From: the human T2T-CHM13v2.0 reference genome, Homo sapiens
DNA length: 64,000 bases
Assembly: GCF_009914755.1 (NCBI RefSeq)
Contig: NC_060936.1
Reading direction: 5' to 3' (one strand)
The position numbers and the translations under genes were made by a program. The notes under the pieces were generated by a model. That model was not told the DNA's origin, did not search any database, and saw nothing but the letters and a program-made list of their open reading frames with translations. This document shows positions 30,371-44,659 of this stretch, one piece after another. Each line of letters opens with the position of its first letter. Position 1 is the stretch's first letter.

Positions 30371-30884
30371 CTACGATGAATGTGTATTCTGATGTGGCAA
30401 TACTTTTTAAGGCTCAGTGTCACTATCACCTTTAAAGGGAACATGTTCTCCCTGATTTGCTACACCTCATCATGTTCTGAGGCCATATGCAGTTGTGTGC
30501 TGGTTGATATTTATGATGACCTGGCTCCCCAGAAAATAAAAACCCTGACGTGTAGCGTTTGATGATTTTTCACAATGGCTAATTGCAAATTAACATAAAG
30601 GAGTATGGAGGACACTCATATCTGGTATGAGCTGGATCTAGCACACCACTGGCAGCTTTCATTTATTATCACACATACTGCTTTTTATGCTAAATATTTC
30701 ACCTTTCTTTGCTCCATCAGAATTGGAAGTATGAAGGACAAATCAAATGACCACGTTTCAAGAAAAAGGGGAAGTTGCTCTGTTGTGGTCTAATATATAA
30801 ATAACTGGCACAATTCACAATTTACTAGTTTGGAATACTTATCTAGGCCCATGTAGATATTTGTTTGCTACCTGTGGCTTAAAG

Positions 30885-31221
30885 CAGGGGTCCCCAACCC
30901 TCAGGGCGTGGACTGGTGCTGGTCCACGGGCCTGTTAGAAACTGGGCCACATAGCAGGAGGTGAACGGCAGGAGAACCAGCATTACCAACTGAGCTCCAC
31001 TCTTGTCAGATTGATGGCAGTATTAGATTCTCATAGGAGCACGAACCCTACTGTGAACTGTGCATGAGAGGGATCTAAGTTGCATGCTTCTTATGAGAAT
31101 CTAATGCCTGATGATCTGAGGTAGAACAGTTTCATTTCAAAACCACCCACCATCACCAGTCCATGGAAAAATTGTTTTCCATGGAACTGGTCCCTGGTGC
31201 CAAAAAGGTTGGGGATTGCTG
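30885..31221 (+). mobile_element. MER1B hAT-Charlie MITE, complete
   Basis: TIRs CAGGGGTCCCCAACC / GGTTGGGGATTGCTG; perfect 8-bp TSD GCTTAAAG (30877, 31222). Confidence 0.95.
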
Positions 31222-31276
31222 GCTTAAAGGACTGTGGATACAATAGAACTTGAGGGAAATCTTAAGGACGCTGTTC

Positions 31277-31385
31277 TGTAGTGAAAAGAATACCAAACTA
31301 GTTCTCCAGAGTTTTGAGTTTCAATCTTGTGCTGCTAACTTGCTATCTGATCTCAAATAGGTCATTAACCCCACTTGGACTCTTT
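31277..31385 (+). mobile_element. MIR 5' fragment
   Basis: TGTAGTGAAAAGA..TGAGTTTCAATCTTG..CTAACTTGCTATCTGATCTC. Confidence 0.55.
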
Positions 31386-31454
31386 AAATCATAGGCTGTT
31401 AGAATTAGAAGGATCATAAGAATCTCTTTCTAACCAGTATACTGGACCCAGCAT

Positions 31455-32037
31455 TGTGCCTGCCTGGGCCTTGGTAACTTGCCGAATGAGAGGCTTTGCC
31501 ACCATTGCCATCACTTTGTCTCATACCACATCATTTGCTGGGGTGAGGGTTGGCCACAGTGGCTCAACACCAGGTCCAAACTCTAGGTCCAAATTGGCAA
31601 GACCCACAGAGGACCCTCTTACTGCTCCCAGGCTTAGAAAGCATGCTGCTTGCACAGGACACAGGGTCTGGCTTCTGTCCCAGCAGATATGCAGAAGATA
31701 GGATAATGCAAACAGTAAATATTAGAGGGTTGCCCTGTCATGGGGCAGACTCTGACCAATGACTAGGAAGTGACTGAAAGAAGGGTGTAGATTTCCCTCC
31801 TGACTGATTGTTCCAAGGTGGTTTCACATGGCCTTTCTGGAGACATCACACGTGCCTGAGCAACTGACTTCCTTGTGAAGTGCCACAATATCCCTTTCTC
31901 ATATTTTTTCTCCTTTCCTTGTTATTACCCTTTTATTCCTCGTTCTTGCTGCCTTGGAAATTGCAACTTCTACTGATGACTTAGCATGTACGATTTGCCT
32001 CAGACTTGGATTTTTTAAGGACCCAAGACTACGATAC
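31455..32037 (+). mobile_element. LTR16-family (ERVL) solo LTR
   Basis: GGGGCAGACTCTGACCAATG.. and 3' TTAGCATGTACGATTTGCCTCAGACTTGG..GGACCCAAGACTACGATA. Confidence 0.65.
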
Positions 32038-32187
32038 CAGTCTCACATCAAAACAGGAATTCTAGTAGAAGGTCAGGTGGCTTCCACTTGAGTAAATCTT
32101 TACTGTATTTAAAACACAGTTATTAAGTCAGCCTCTCAAAAGGTAAACAGAAGAAGTGTAATTCCTATTTTACATGCATTTAAAGAT

Positions 32188-32340
32188 GGAGGCAGTATTG
32201 TAAAATGGGTAGGGAGCATTGGAATCAGGGAGACCTCAGATCAAATCCTCTTTTCAAACGTGCTAGGTGTGAGATAATGGGCAAATGTGCAAAATCTCTC
32301 CCAGCGTCAGTTTTCTTAAAATATAGGCCTATAACTATTT
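32188..32340 (+). mobile_element. MIR
   Basis: GGAGGCAGTATTGT..TGGAATCAG..TCAAATCC..GGGCAAAT..TCAGTTTTCT. Confidence 0.7.
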
Positions 32341-33199
32341 GACTCTGCATCCCTGGTTCTTGACTGAATACTGCCATGGCCTCCAGGAATGGAGGGTGTT
32401 AATGAAAGTAGAGAACAAGGGGCTAGGAGTGAGGGGTGAACGTGTGGTCCAGTTTGGTGCCTGCACGCAAGGTGTTCAAGTAAGGAGAATGACAACGGAA
32501 TCTGTACTGAGGACTGGACGTTAAAAGAAAATTGCAATCAAAACTCGCAACTGCATTGGACTCTCTAACTTGTGAGCTGCAAAACAAATGAGGTTAGTAA
32601 ACTGCATCCAGGAATGTAAGACAAGATTAGATGTGACAACTTTGCCAGCAGGGCTTCTCGGGGCTGTGGATAAAGTAGAAGCAGAAAAACACATTTTAGT
32701 TTCTCTCCTGCTCTGTTAGACATAGCCTAGGGAAAGCTTCTGTGTTGGAAACATCACTCCCAATACTGTTTGGTTTCTTCTAGGCAATTTACTAGTAGCT
32801 GCTTTTCATTTTGAAATATTAAATATTTTATTTAAAAATATCCAAAACTCTAACAGGAGAAAAGATAAGAAAGAAAAAATACTTCAATATAAATTTATTT
32901 TTCTTGCCACGTGATGTTAGTTAAAAAAAAATTTTTGTTTGTGAAAAGTGAACTCCATTATTGTATAAGGTTATTATGGTTTATGAATTGGAGCCTTGTG
33001 ATATAACAAAATACATTTGTGGTTAAAAATATCTTTTGAAGAATCAACATATCTTCTGAAGAATCAATAATGTGTGTTTGTTAATCTATAACATATAACA
33101 GATTTTTTGAACCACTGTCTATTATGTAATATTTGCATTTGCAAAGAAGGAAATTGAGGTTCTAATGATACTTATTGGTTGTGATATTGGAATGTGGTT

Positions 33200-33720
33200 A
33201 TTATTAGACAGGGTTCTCAGATACTACCATTCTGGTGGAAAGGGATTTATTATAGGATATTAGGTGGCCCATAGAACATTTGAGCAGCTGGAGACAGAAC
33301 TCAAGGCTGAACTTTCTAGAACAGTGACTGAAGTCAGGCTGCTTCATTGGCCTGTTAAGGAAGCTGCTGCACCAAGCACTACATGCCAGAAATGTGACCT
33401 CATTGCACTGATGCCTCTTGGATGTCAGGAGCTTGACCTTGTAATCACCGGAGCCTCAGGAAACTGGGTAACTGCCATTCCCAAAGGCAGCAAAATGGAA
33501 GCTGCCCGCAGGGCCTGTTTCCACATATTGCTCACTTTAGCATTGATGGCTCAGTGGGCGAATCTGATGACTGAAGCACAGGTCACATGTATCTGGCTGC
33601 AATTTGAGTTTGACTTCATCACTGGGGCCATGGAACTGATTACATGGGCGTTCCTCCAAATGTGGAAAAGTTATTCAGAGGAAGGTGGATGATCACAAAC
33701 ATGCCAAGTATTTAATGCAG
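33200..33720 (-). mobile_element. Old MLT1 (L/M-like) MaLR LTR
   Basis: AAAGGGATTTATTATAGGATATTAGGTGG..GCGAATCTGATGACTGAAGCACAGGTCACATG. Confidence 0.6.
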
Positions 33721-33814
33721 TTGGGGAACTATAATTCTAACCTATATGTCTGATCCAAAGCTTTTACTATTAACCAGGATGCTGTGCATCCTCAATACTG
33801 CCTCTGCTTTATGC

Positions 33815-34004
33815 CAGTGCTTCTGAAAGTGTGGTTCTTGGACCAGCAGCATCAGCACCACTTGAAAACTTACAGAAATGCAAATTGTTGGCCACTGTCC
33901 CAGAACTACTGAATTAGAAAGTCTGAGGGTGAAATCCAACAATCTTTACAAGCCTTCCAGGTGATATTGAAGCCTTTGAAAATTGAGAAGTTTGAGACCT
34001 GCTG
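33815..34004 (+). mobile_element. MER5A
   Basis: CAGTGCTTCTGAAAGTGTGG..GGACCAGCAGCATCAGCA..AGAAATGCAAATT; TSD CTTTATGC/CCCTATGC. Confidence 0.88.
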
Positions 34005-35073
34005 CCCTATGCAATACTCTACTATTTTACCATAGCTTCCTCTTGAGGGACTTCCAACTGTTTTGGAAGCTCAGGGGAAAAAAAATTAATAAACAGTAGA
34101 AAGCAAACATAGTTAGAAGCCATGAACAATCATTTGTGTACTTTTGCATGGCTCCTTTGTGATACTTACTTATGTGAATATGATTTTGTCATTTATAAAA
34201 CTTTATAAAAGCTTAGTAACTTACCATAGTTGAAATATATCAAATCAGATGTGTTTACTTGAGCTTTTAAATGAAGATAATGGAGTGCCAGAGATTTTTA
34301 CAATTTTCCATGTTGCGGTCTATAATTTCCCTCTTGACTTAAAGCTTAGATGACACATCTTTTAATTTGCATAAAACATTGGGAGGATTCTCTAGGCTGG
34401 CTACTCTCCGGTCTTGCAAAACAAAGGGCACTTGCCTCCAAAGGGAGGGTGTATGAATAAGTGTTGGAGTTAAGCATGCCTCTTACATTGATCAGCCTGT
34501 GTGCTCTGGTCTTCCTGAATTTGAAAGTGCTGGTTTACTATAAATTCTTAGCCATATCTACAATGAAGGGGAGACGAGATATTAAAGCAGATTAAAAATT
34601 CTTCAGTGATTTATTCATTTATCTGTCAAATATTGATCAAGCAACCAGTATTTGGAAAGCATAGTGCTAGTGGTAATCTTCAGGCTAGTATTGCAAAACT
34701 GAATTATCCCCATCTATATCATACATGATTTACCTATGTTGAAAGAGTCAGAATCAAGTAAAATACTTAACCTTAAAAACAAATGCTAAGAGCTTTGCCC
34801 AGCCTTACTTGGTAAAAGAAGAAAAGGACGGTATTATTTGAGGGGCACTAATAGTTATTGAGGGTCTACTTTGGACTGAGATCTTTACTTAATTTTTAGA
34901 CACTGTTGAATGTGCAGACAGTGGGAGGTAAGTGTGCTGTATGATGAGCACTGGTGGAACAAAGATGATGACCAAGCCACTGCCCTTGTCCTCGAAGCAT
35001 TTACAACTGTAGCGGGGAGTGGACAAGGAAAGTTATAACATGATCTAAATCCCACAAGAATATTAGTCCATGC

Positions 35074-35431
35074 TGTCTTAGTCTTTTCAGGATGCTATAA
35101 CAAAATACCATAAACTGGGTAGATTTTGAACAACAAATTTTACAGTTGTGGAGGCTGGAAAGTCCAAGATCAAGGCACTGGCAGAGTTGGTGTCTGGTGA
35201 GGGCCCATTTCATGGTTCATAGAAGGTGCCTTCTCCCTCTGTCCTCACATGGTAAAAAGGACAGAGAAGCTGTGGGGAGTCTCTTTTATAAGGGCACTAA
35301 TTCCATTAATGAGGGCTCTGCCCTCTTGATCTAATCACCTCCCAAAGGCCCCACCTCCTAATACCATCACTTTAGTGATCAGGTTTTCAACATAAGAATT
35401 TTGTTGGGATACACATATTCAGACCATAGCA
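35074..35431 (-). mobile_element. MLT1A0 solo LTR
   Basis: TGTCTTAGTC..CTAATCACCTCCCAAAGGCCCCACCTCCTAATACCATCAC..ATTCAGACCATAGCA; TSD CATGC/CATAC. Confidence 0.9.
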
Positions 35432-35799
35432 CATACCTATAGATATATAAAGCGAAGGTCACATGCAAAACACACCTGGCTCTCAATCAGGCTTAGTCAG
35501 GCACAATCTATTTCAACAGAATAGATGTGTGTGGGACTAAATAACTTGTGCAAAATCAGTGTCTCAAGGGATATTCTGCTATTTGGATTCTGGACAATGA
35601 GAAACTGGTGGGAACAAGTGCAGGTTCATTATTTGACATCTACAGAAGGTCCGAAGATGTGGTCTGGGTCAGCCAGGTGGGTGCCCAGTAGATGTGAAAC
35701 AATGACAAATTTGGGACACATTCCCAATGCAGTGGGAGTCAGGGTTGTAATGGATTATCTACCTGTCAGGTGATTTTAGATTCAAAACTAATAGACACC

Positions 35800-36040
35800 C
35801 CTCTGACACAGAGATGAAGTGACTTGCCAGAGATTACACAACCAGTAAGGGCCAGAACCACTATGATGTAATTAACCATTCTATTAAACTGTTGATTTAG
35901 TCACCAGAGAAATCCTGGACCCATTTTACAGAAAATGACTTTTAGAGATATTAAGTAGCTTGCTCAGGGTGGTGCAGTTCTGAAGTGTTAGATCCAGCTG
36001 GGCTTAATTCTGTATTGATTTTGCTCCAACGCCATAGCTT
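35800..36040 (-). mobile_element. MIR fragments
   Basis: CACAGAGATGAAGTGACTTGCC; CCCATTTTACAGA..TTAAGTAGCTTGCTCAGGGT. Confidence 0.6.
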
Positions 36041-36664
36041 ACTTTGGCTAATTATTGTCAGGGAAAATGCTTGTTGTTTCAATTATGCCAAGTGTAGGTT
36101 ATTGTTTCTGGCATAAATTGTCCAAATTTCACTTGTACAGGATTAAATAATTATTTTCAACAGTGCAGCTGGGAAAACAACTTGAGTGTAGCTTTTGGGG
36201 TTAATTTATTCTGGCAGGCTCTTCAAGAGGTGGTATTGCATGCTAGAGGAGTGATAATAAAGGATATTAACATTTTACAGGCCAAGAAAATGTTTTCTTG
36301 TGTTCTCTGATAGACAACTATGCCGTCTTGGGGTTAAGTACTAGTCCCATCACTGGAGTGATTCAAACTTTTATTTCCTTAGAAAAATTTTGGACTTTTC
36401 TCCCAAGGTATCTCTGCTACCTTTTGAAGGCTGAAATAATCTTCTATCTGGTTATGGAACCTTCCACTGGGGGATGGATCAAGCCTCACAGTTTTGCTGT
36501 GAAACATCTATTTGCCACTTCCTTCTCTCATTTCTGAAGGGTTCACTCTCCTCTCAATGGACAGTGTCATGCTTGTACTTTGGGCACTCACTCTAAATGA
36601 AATCCTGAATTGACTGCTGGGTAAGTTCCTATGAAATAAATATGAAGTTCACAGGACGTGAGGC

Positions 36665-36841
36665 AGGATTGACTATATAATTTGCAGGGCCCAGTGCAAA
36701 ATGAAGACCCTGAGCATTTTGTTAAAAATGTATTAACCATTCAAGGTGGTGACCACAGAGTGTTAAACCCCAAGCGAGAGGCCTTCTGAGTGCAGGGCCC
36801 TGTGAAACTGCACAGGTCACTCAGCCGTGAATCTGATGCTG
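36665..36841 (-). mobile_element. MER45A (hAT-Tip100)
   Basis: CTATATAATTTGCAGGGCCCAGTGCAAAATGAA..GGGCCCTGTGAAACTGCACAGGTCAC. Confidence 0.85.
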
Positions 36842-37007
36842 ACTTCAGCAAAATTGTCAAAGGTGGTGATTTTCAAATAGTTGTGTTTTAGTGCTATTCT
36901 GTGGCAAATCTTTCATCGTTTATGGCAAATAGGGAAAAAAATGTAATGTTCTCAACATATGTTTCATTAAACCTACTAAAGAACTAACGCTTTAAGTTAA
37001 TGTGCTA

Positions 37008-37307
37008 TTTTTTTTTTTTTTTTTTTTAGTTGAGGTTTTGCTCTTGTTGCCCAGGCTGAAGTGCAATGGTGCAATTTCGGCTCTCTGAAACCTCCGCCTC
37101 CTGGGTTCAAGCGATTCTCTTGCCTCAGACTCCCAAGTAGCTGGGATAACAGGCATGCGCCACCATGCCTGGCTAATTTTGTATTTTTAGTAGAGATGGG
37201 GTTTTACCATGTTGGTCAGGCAGTCTCAAACTCCTAACCTCAAGTGATCCATCTGCCTCAGCCTCCCAAAGTGCTGGGATTACAGACATGAGCCACTGCA
37301 CCTGGCC
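37008..37307 (-). mobile_element. AluSp-like
   Basis: GCTCTTGTTGCCCAGG, GCAATGG, GTTGGTCAGG diagnostics. Confidence 0.88.
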
Positions 37308-38644
37308 TATTTCCACCTTTTTTACTAATCAAGATAGTCTTTCCTTTTGAAGGGATCATGATGATAGATGTTAAAAATAGCCTTATTTGACAAAAGTGAC
37401 ACTTGGCCACCTCTTGTCCTTGTGTTGTCTTCTCTCTCCTACCTTCAGTTTTACTCATTAGAAATTCTTGATGTATTGGAACCACAGGTCTAAGATACGT
37501 GATGAGAATCTGTTCCATTGATTTCTTTCTCAAGTCGTATCTTCAGGGAGTGTTTAAGCTTCATGAAATTATTTATTGTATCCTTTGTGTTTATCAAAGA
37601 CTGTTATAAGAAATGGTCATACAAAGATACTTTTGCTCTCTCATATTCAAAGGATACTTTTCATCCCATTTTCAGCATTCTTCTAACATGAAAGGACCTA
37701 CAAGATACATTATTCGTAGGATTTAATGCCAGCAAAATCTGCCTCTCAAATGAGCTTGCTTGCAGACAAAGAGAACTGTAAAATACATCACAAAATGTAG
37801 CTGAGTGCTAAATTTGATCTTCAATTGCAGAATTGTTTTACACCATTTTCCTAGGATCTCTCTTCCCTTCCTCTAAATGCCTTCTGATCTTTCTTAGAAA
37901 ATTTGTATTTTAACTGCTTTTACTGTTTTAAATGTTCTTACTGTAAAACTTTTCAAATCTATTCTTTTTTTAAGTAGTAGGTTGACTACATTTTGTAAAT
38001 AGTCAAAAATGCTAGATACTGAGTGACAAGATCTGTATGTGTAGAGAAACATTTTGATGAGCTTGTAGAGTTTTATCACCTGAAAGTGGTAATACTCAAA
38101 TTAAAGTTATGCACTTTTTCCCCTTGATACCTTGTATATCTGCCTCATTTGTATTTTTCTCATATGACCATGCCAATTGGTAGTAATAGAACCAAGATGA
38201 GGATGACTTAATTTCTTGATGGACATGCCATTTCTAGGTTCTGTGACTTTGACAATGAGGCTGTCATTTTTTTCCCTCAGATTTGTAGTCAGTGAGAGTA
38301 TTATTTCTTTTCTCTGGAACATAAGCTTCTTCTCAAAGTTGTAATTTCAAACATGAAAAGTAATCCTGAGTGCAGCCTGGAGATGTTTGGGCAAAAATTG
38401 ACATGTCTTTGGAATACTACAGAAGAGAGTCACCAGTTAGCTTGTGTTACCTCACCTACCTGCATCTTAAACATAGCTTTATGAATGCTTTCTTTCATTT
38501 ACTGAATGATATATAGTTAAATAGATCAAAATTCTGGAATCAGTGCTCTGTATTTTTATTATTTTCATGATGCATTGCCATGTGATATCCATTAGGAAAT
38601 GCTGTGGAATGGCAGTTACACATACCAAAAACGGTTGAACAATT

Positions 38645-38870
38645 TTCATTGAGCAGCCTACTACATGTCAAGAATTGCCCACACATTATTGTATTTTATT
38701 TCAATAATAGCTTCGTGAAACAATATTTATTTTCCCTATTTTAAAGAATATATTAGGAAAATGAGGCTTAGAGAAGTAAATTTCTCAGTAGGACAATAGT
38801 AGTTTGCAGAATCGGGATATGACTGTAGATCCGTCTGATTCTGAAGGTTATGCCCTTTTGCTTCACCATC
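38645..38870 (-). mobile_element. MIR
   Basis: GGAAAATGAGGCTTAGAGAAGT..GTCTGATTCTGAAG. Confidence 0.7.
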
Positions 38871-39127
38871 TTGAACTGGATACCAAAGGTCTTTGGGGAA
38901 CTTACAAGAAAGGCACTTGGAAGATCATAATGTTGGCTATTGTATTATCAATCTTATCACCATGCTATACTTGCTGTACAAAAGTTTCCCTACCAGAGTC
39001 ATCTTTTTAGAATGTTCAGAGTTCATTGGGAACAATAGTTGTCATCTCTGACAAAAACAAAGTTTGGATGCCTCAGATTTGAGAGAAGGCCCTTTTCTGC
39101 GTCCAATGGCCTATAGCTGTAACATCC

Positions 39128-39470
39128 CATTTATTCATTCATTTGACCAAAAATAAATCTTACTATGTGTAGAGTACTGTGTCACTGTAGGGATACTGTA
39201 CTATAAATAAACAAGAAGCACACAGTCTCATTTTTCATGGAGTTCACTGTTTACTCTATAGTTAGCTAGTCACACAATTAATTTGTTCATTAAAATTCTA
39301 TTACATACTTCAATGGAGAAGTACAGAGTATTATGAGTGTTTGAAAAAGGAGAACTAACTGGTCTGAGGCTGAGGAGTGGTCAGCTAAATGAAGGGGATG
39401 GGATGCACCAAACATTCCAGACAGAGGGTCAAGATAGGTTGTAGAATAATCACAGGAAAGTAAGCAACAC
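39128..39470 (-). mobile_element. L2 3' fragment
   Basis: ATTTATTCATTCATTTGAC..TACTATGTG..TCATGGAGTTCAC. Confidence 0.65.
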
Positions 39471-39610
39471 ATAGGTTGGGTACAGTAGAAGTGAGCAGGG
39501 GACAATGATTACCTGGGGCCCTCAGACACTTTCAGTCAATACTGTGGTAACTCTGAATCCCCTCCTTACCCAAAGCAGTTTTGTAACATATAGCACAAAG
39601 TTAGCACAGC

Positions 39611-39783
39611 ATGTATATGTATGTATATATATGTATATGTATATATGTATATGTATATCTGTATATGTATATATGTATGTATATATGTATATGTATATGC
39701 ATATATGTATATGTATATATGTATATGTATATATGTATATGTATATATGTATACATGTATATGTGTATATATATATATATATG
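39611..39783. repeat. (TATATG)n/(TA)n simple repeat
   Basis: Direct reading; source of Y/M/I/V-rich pseudo-ORFs. Confidence 0.97.
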
Positions 39784-39807
39784 ACCCCATGTGTTTTTCC
39801 TGAATCT

Positions 39808-40062
39808 TCAAGTTATCTTTTGCTGTGTAACAAACTATCCCCATTGTTACTGACAAATCATCAACTTATTATTTCTCATGGTTCTATGAGTTGACTAGGC
39901 TCAGCTGGTTGGTTCCAAGAGGCCAAATAGAAGCAAGGATTTTTATAATCTAGTCTTGTAAACCTGAGAATTTCACTTCTGCCATATTCTATTTGTCAAA
40001 AAAATATTGAAGTCAGCCCAAATACAAGAGGAAGAGAATTAGACTTCATCTTTGGCAAACAC
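39808..40062 (-). mobile_element. MLT1H-like LTR, internally deleted
   Basis: TTGCTGTGTAACAAACTATCCCC..TCACTTCTGCCATATTCTATTTGTCAAA..AGCCCAAATACAAG. Confidence 0.65.
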
Positions 40063-41170
40063 CTCTGCTATGCTGAATAAAGGAATTGGATGTTAGTCAG
40101 GATTCAGATACACTTTGGAAGACTACTTCATTTTCCTTATGTCTCAAGCTTCTGATTTGGTTCATATTTTAAGAGCTGCCAAGATTAGATATATCTTCCT
40201 TCTCTTAATCAGACCTTACTCTTATTCATTTAATTTCTATGAGATAGCATTACATAATACATCATTGCCAAATAGTTTTGGTCAACTTATCTTATTTCTC
40301 TAAGCCTCAGTTTAAAAAAGTCTAAAAATATAGACTGTAAAAGCTGCCTTATCTGCTACATTAGGTTGGTGTAAGATTGCCAGTGAATCATTCATTTATG
40401 CAACAAACAACAATAGTATGACAGTAACACTTAGGATACTTAGCATGTACCTAAAACTATTCCACTATTCTAAAGAACTATATGTTAAATCTTCATAACA
40501 GAACAAGGGCCAGCTTTTTGTCGGATAGCATGCTATAATATGTTCTGGGGATATAAATACTAATAGTGTTACCCTCAGGAATTTCTAGCATAAAGGAGGG
40601 ATTCGCCATTAATCAAATAATCACACAAATATGAAATTAAACTTTGGATACAAAACATGTAATGGGGAGAACAACATGTTAGTTGAACAAAGATATACAA
40701 GTACCTACTTTGTGCCAGGCATGGGGTGATTTAAATCCATAGATGATAGTTCCCACTGTGGGTGATGTGTAAATATCATTACTTATGTGAGTGGTTTGGG
40801 AGTTTTGGAGTGACCTGAATAATTGTAAGCATCTGGCTAAGTAAAAAGAAGCTGAAATACAGATTTGATGATGATGAAGTTTCTTCAAGTGGTTTTGAAG
40901 AGTTTGCTCCTCGTGGTTTTAATTTGAATGGACAGATGTAATGGAAGAATTATTGAAATTGCTTAAAAATAGTAATTCTTAGAAAATTCTGACTTTTTTT
41001 TCTGACAAAACAGCCCACTTTCTCCTCCTAGAGAATAAAATAAACATAAAGTTGTCCTTCTGGTTTCATAAGTTAGAGAGGAATGTTCCCATCCCATAAA
41101 AGTAATAAGAAAAGACACTTATTTAATCTTTTTGCTAAAAATACTTACAAATATTTCCCAAAAGTCACTT

Positions 41171-41975
41171 GAAGACATTTATGCAGCCACCAGACACATG
41201 AAAAAATGTTCACCATCACTGGCCATCAGAGAAATGCAAATCAAAACCACAATGAGATACCATCTCACACCAGTTAGAATGGCGATCATTAAAAAGTCAG
41301 GAAACAACAAGTGCTGGAAAGGATGTGGAGAAATAGGAACACTTTTACACTGTTGGTGGGACTGTAAACTAGTTCAACCATTGTGGAAGACAATGTGGCG
41401 ATTCCTCAAGGATCTAGAACAAGAAATACCATTTGGCCCAGCCATCCCATTACTGGGTATATACCCAAAGGATTATAAATCATGCTACTATAAAGACACA
41501 TGCACACGTATGTTCATTGTGGCACTATTCACAATAGCAAAGACTTGGAACCAACCCAAATGTCCATCGATGATAGACTGGATTAAGAAAATATGACACA
41601 TATACACCATGGAATACTATGCAGCCATAAAAAATGATGAGTTCATGTCCTTTGTAGGGACATGGATGAAGCTGGAAACCATCATTCTCAGCAAACTATC
41701 GCAAGGACAAAAAAACCAAACACCGCATGTTCTCCCTCATAGGTGAGAATTGAACAATGAGAACACTTTGGACACAGGATAGGGAACATCACACATCGGG
41801 GCCTGTTATGGGGTGGGGGGAGGGGGGAGGGATAGCATTAGGAGATATACCTAAAGTAAATGACGAGTTAATGGGTGCAGCACACCAACATGGCGCATGT
41901 ATACATATGTAACAAACCTGCACGTTGCACACATGTACCCTAGAACTTAAAGCATAATAATAATTAAAAAAAAAA
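41171..41975 (+). mobile_element. 5'-truncated L1PA4/5 (~0.8 kb)
   Basis: ORF2 C-terminus (ORF 41132..41596), 3'UTR with intact G-rich tract, poly(A), TSD AAAAGTCACT (41160, 41976). Confidence 0.96.
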
Positions 41976-41985
41976 AAAAGTCACT

Positions 41986-42520
<535 letters not shown>

Positions 42521-43234
42521 ATTTGGCATGAATTAGGATTGTAGAATCTTATGCTTCCAGCTTAGACAAAAGCCTTTGTTTCTCATATATATCCAATTTA
42601 GATCAATACTTGATTTCAAAATAATATTGGTCCTTGAGATCAGTTTTTATTTGGGCTGGTGGCTATTTTGTATATGTATCTTTTATGTGGTACTTTGAGT
42701 AATTTACTACTTTGATCATTTATGATTTTAATGACTAACCAGGTTATTCTGCTCCATGATAACAATTTTAGAATAATATTAATACATGGAGAATCCTTGT
42801 TACCCACTTATAAAGTTGTGTAGGGAGCAAAAATTTTTGTAACATGAAGCTATTTACTGATATTCACCTGAGAAAGTAGGCTCCATTCAAATATTTCTTA
42901 TGCTTAATGATGTCATCTTCTCCTAGATGTGGTATTAGTGTCCACAATGGGCATTTGCTTGCTGAAATATAATACAAATACAGTGTAAACCATTGGAAAA
43001 TGAAATGATCTCATTTTGAGTGAATCAGAAGTGAAATGAAAAATGTCTTAAAATGTTTTCATGAAATTTTGTCAGAAAAATAATGCCTCAAATTTATATT
43101 TGACCCCTTTTTAAGTTCATTTAAAAATGATGACAAAATAACATTTTCTTTATTTGTAGTTTTTGTTTTCAAGGAATGCTATTAATCCAGTTTTTCTCAA
43201 TCATTTATTATGAGATTACAGTTTCATTTTATGT

Positions 43235-43560
43235 ATTTGTTTTTTAAGCAAAATAGGAAATTTATTAACCTACATAAGTTAGAAGTCCAAGAGCAGAATG
43301 AGCACTGGGCATGCTGGATATTGGGGCTTAAGCCAGATTTCAAGGACTCAGTCTTGCCCTTTTCATAGCTCAGCTGTGTTTTCTTTTGTGATTGCCACAT
43401 TTCCAGGCAAAATCTCCTCTTCTATTGGAATAATGATTGCCAGCAATTCCAGGATTACATCGTTTTCTCTCGGCAACTTCAGCAGAAGGAGAGATTCTTT
43501 GTACAGTCCCATTTTAATTGGCTGCTTTTTGGTATCAACTATCCTATAGCACACTGTACC
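43235..43560 (-). mobile_element. MLT1J/K-like LTR fragment
   Basis: TTAAGCAAAATAGGAAATTTATT..GCCAGCAATTCCAGGATTACATC..CAGCAGAAGGAGAG. Confidence 0.6.
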
Positions 43561-43961
43561 CATTGTGCATTAAATTAGAGGCTGAGATCAGTTTAGCAGA
43601 AAATTTGCTGAAGAAATGATAGAGATCAAGAAAATACATTTTGAAATCTAAGTTTATTTTTAGGAATTGAAAATGGATTTCCATTTTTTACTTGTTTATG
43701 TGTACTTAAAAAGGTCAGTTTCTTAAAGATAGCTACTAGCTTAATATAAACGATTGTTCGTGAATTTAGATTGTTATTCAGTAATCTGTATTTTTCGATC
43801 ATGACTTGGAATTAAAAGAAGTAATGATAATTTGAAGATCCAGGGAGGAGTGGATAGAATATAACCTTTAGTTTTTCTTCTAATTAATTCTACTTTCTTA
43901 TATCTTTCTCTGGTCCCAAACCTTGTAGTTAAAATTGCACCTTGATTTCTGTTCACTCTTG

Positions 43962-44146
43962 TTAATGGTTCACAAAAGAATTTTGTAAGGTTTAGAATCA
44001 CCTAGAGTACTTTGTAAAAGTACTGATACTCAGGCTCAGTCTGACTTCAATTAAATCAGCATCTCTGCAGTGGAGGGCTCAGGACTGCCTAGGTTTAAAG
44101 CATGCCAAATGACTCTAACATATGGCCAAGGTTGAAAAGCACCGGC
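43962..44146. mobile_element. MER5B/MER5A-type MITE
   Basis: AGAATCACCT..TTAAATCAGCATCTCTG..GGCCAAGGTTGAAAAGCAC. Confidence 0.7.
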
Positions 44147-44659
44147 TCAGATCCTCACATAGCAGTCACTCAAAGGTGGACATGGGATGGCAATTCGCAT
44201 TCCTTCATCTCCTGAAACCCATTGATTCAAATATGTAGGCAGCGGTATTCTCTTCTCCATTCTTAGCTTTTCTTCCCATTGTGCCCACATAGGAGATATA
44301 CGTATCATTATTTAGAGCACAACTGGGCCCAGGATGCAGTTTTAGCAAGATTCCAGCTTGGCTGCCACTGTGGACTAGAATTGTTTTCTATAGAGCCAAG
44401 CCATTTTTCTCTCAAACAACTTTGAACTTAATATCATCATAGACTGGCAAGAGTGAACCAGCTGTCTAATTTTTCTCTATACCCTCAGACTCTGGTGAAG
44501 CTTTTAGCTATTTTATATATAGCCCTTGAAATGGACCAATACGAGGTCATGTTGGGAATTTTGCTGATTTTACATCAAGGAGCCTCCCAGACAGGCTGTG
44601 AAGTAAGGAGACCCAGCTGCTGAGAATGATAAGGCTGCCAGGAACAGCTTTGGTGCTGA

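Noticed and set aside
33029-33068. 20-bp tandem duplication (similar ones at ~19113-19142, ~47318-47355, ~58933-58960)
   Set aside because: Common slippage duplications with no sign of function
33264-33692. 142-aa ORF as a novel protein
   Set aside because: GTG start, lies inside an antisense MLT1 LTR, no recognisable domain or splice structure
39505-39894. 129-aa Y/M/V/I-rich ORF and overlapping ORFs
   Set aside because: Translations of the (TATATG)n repeat
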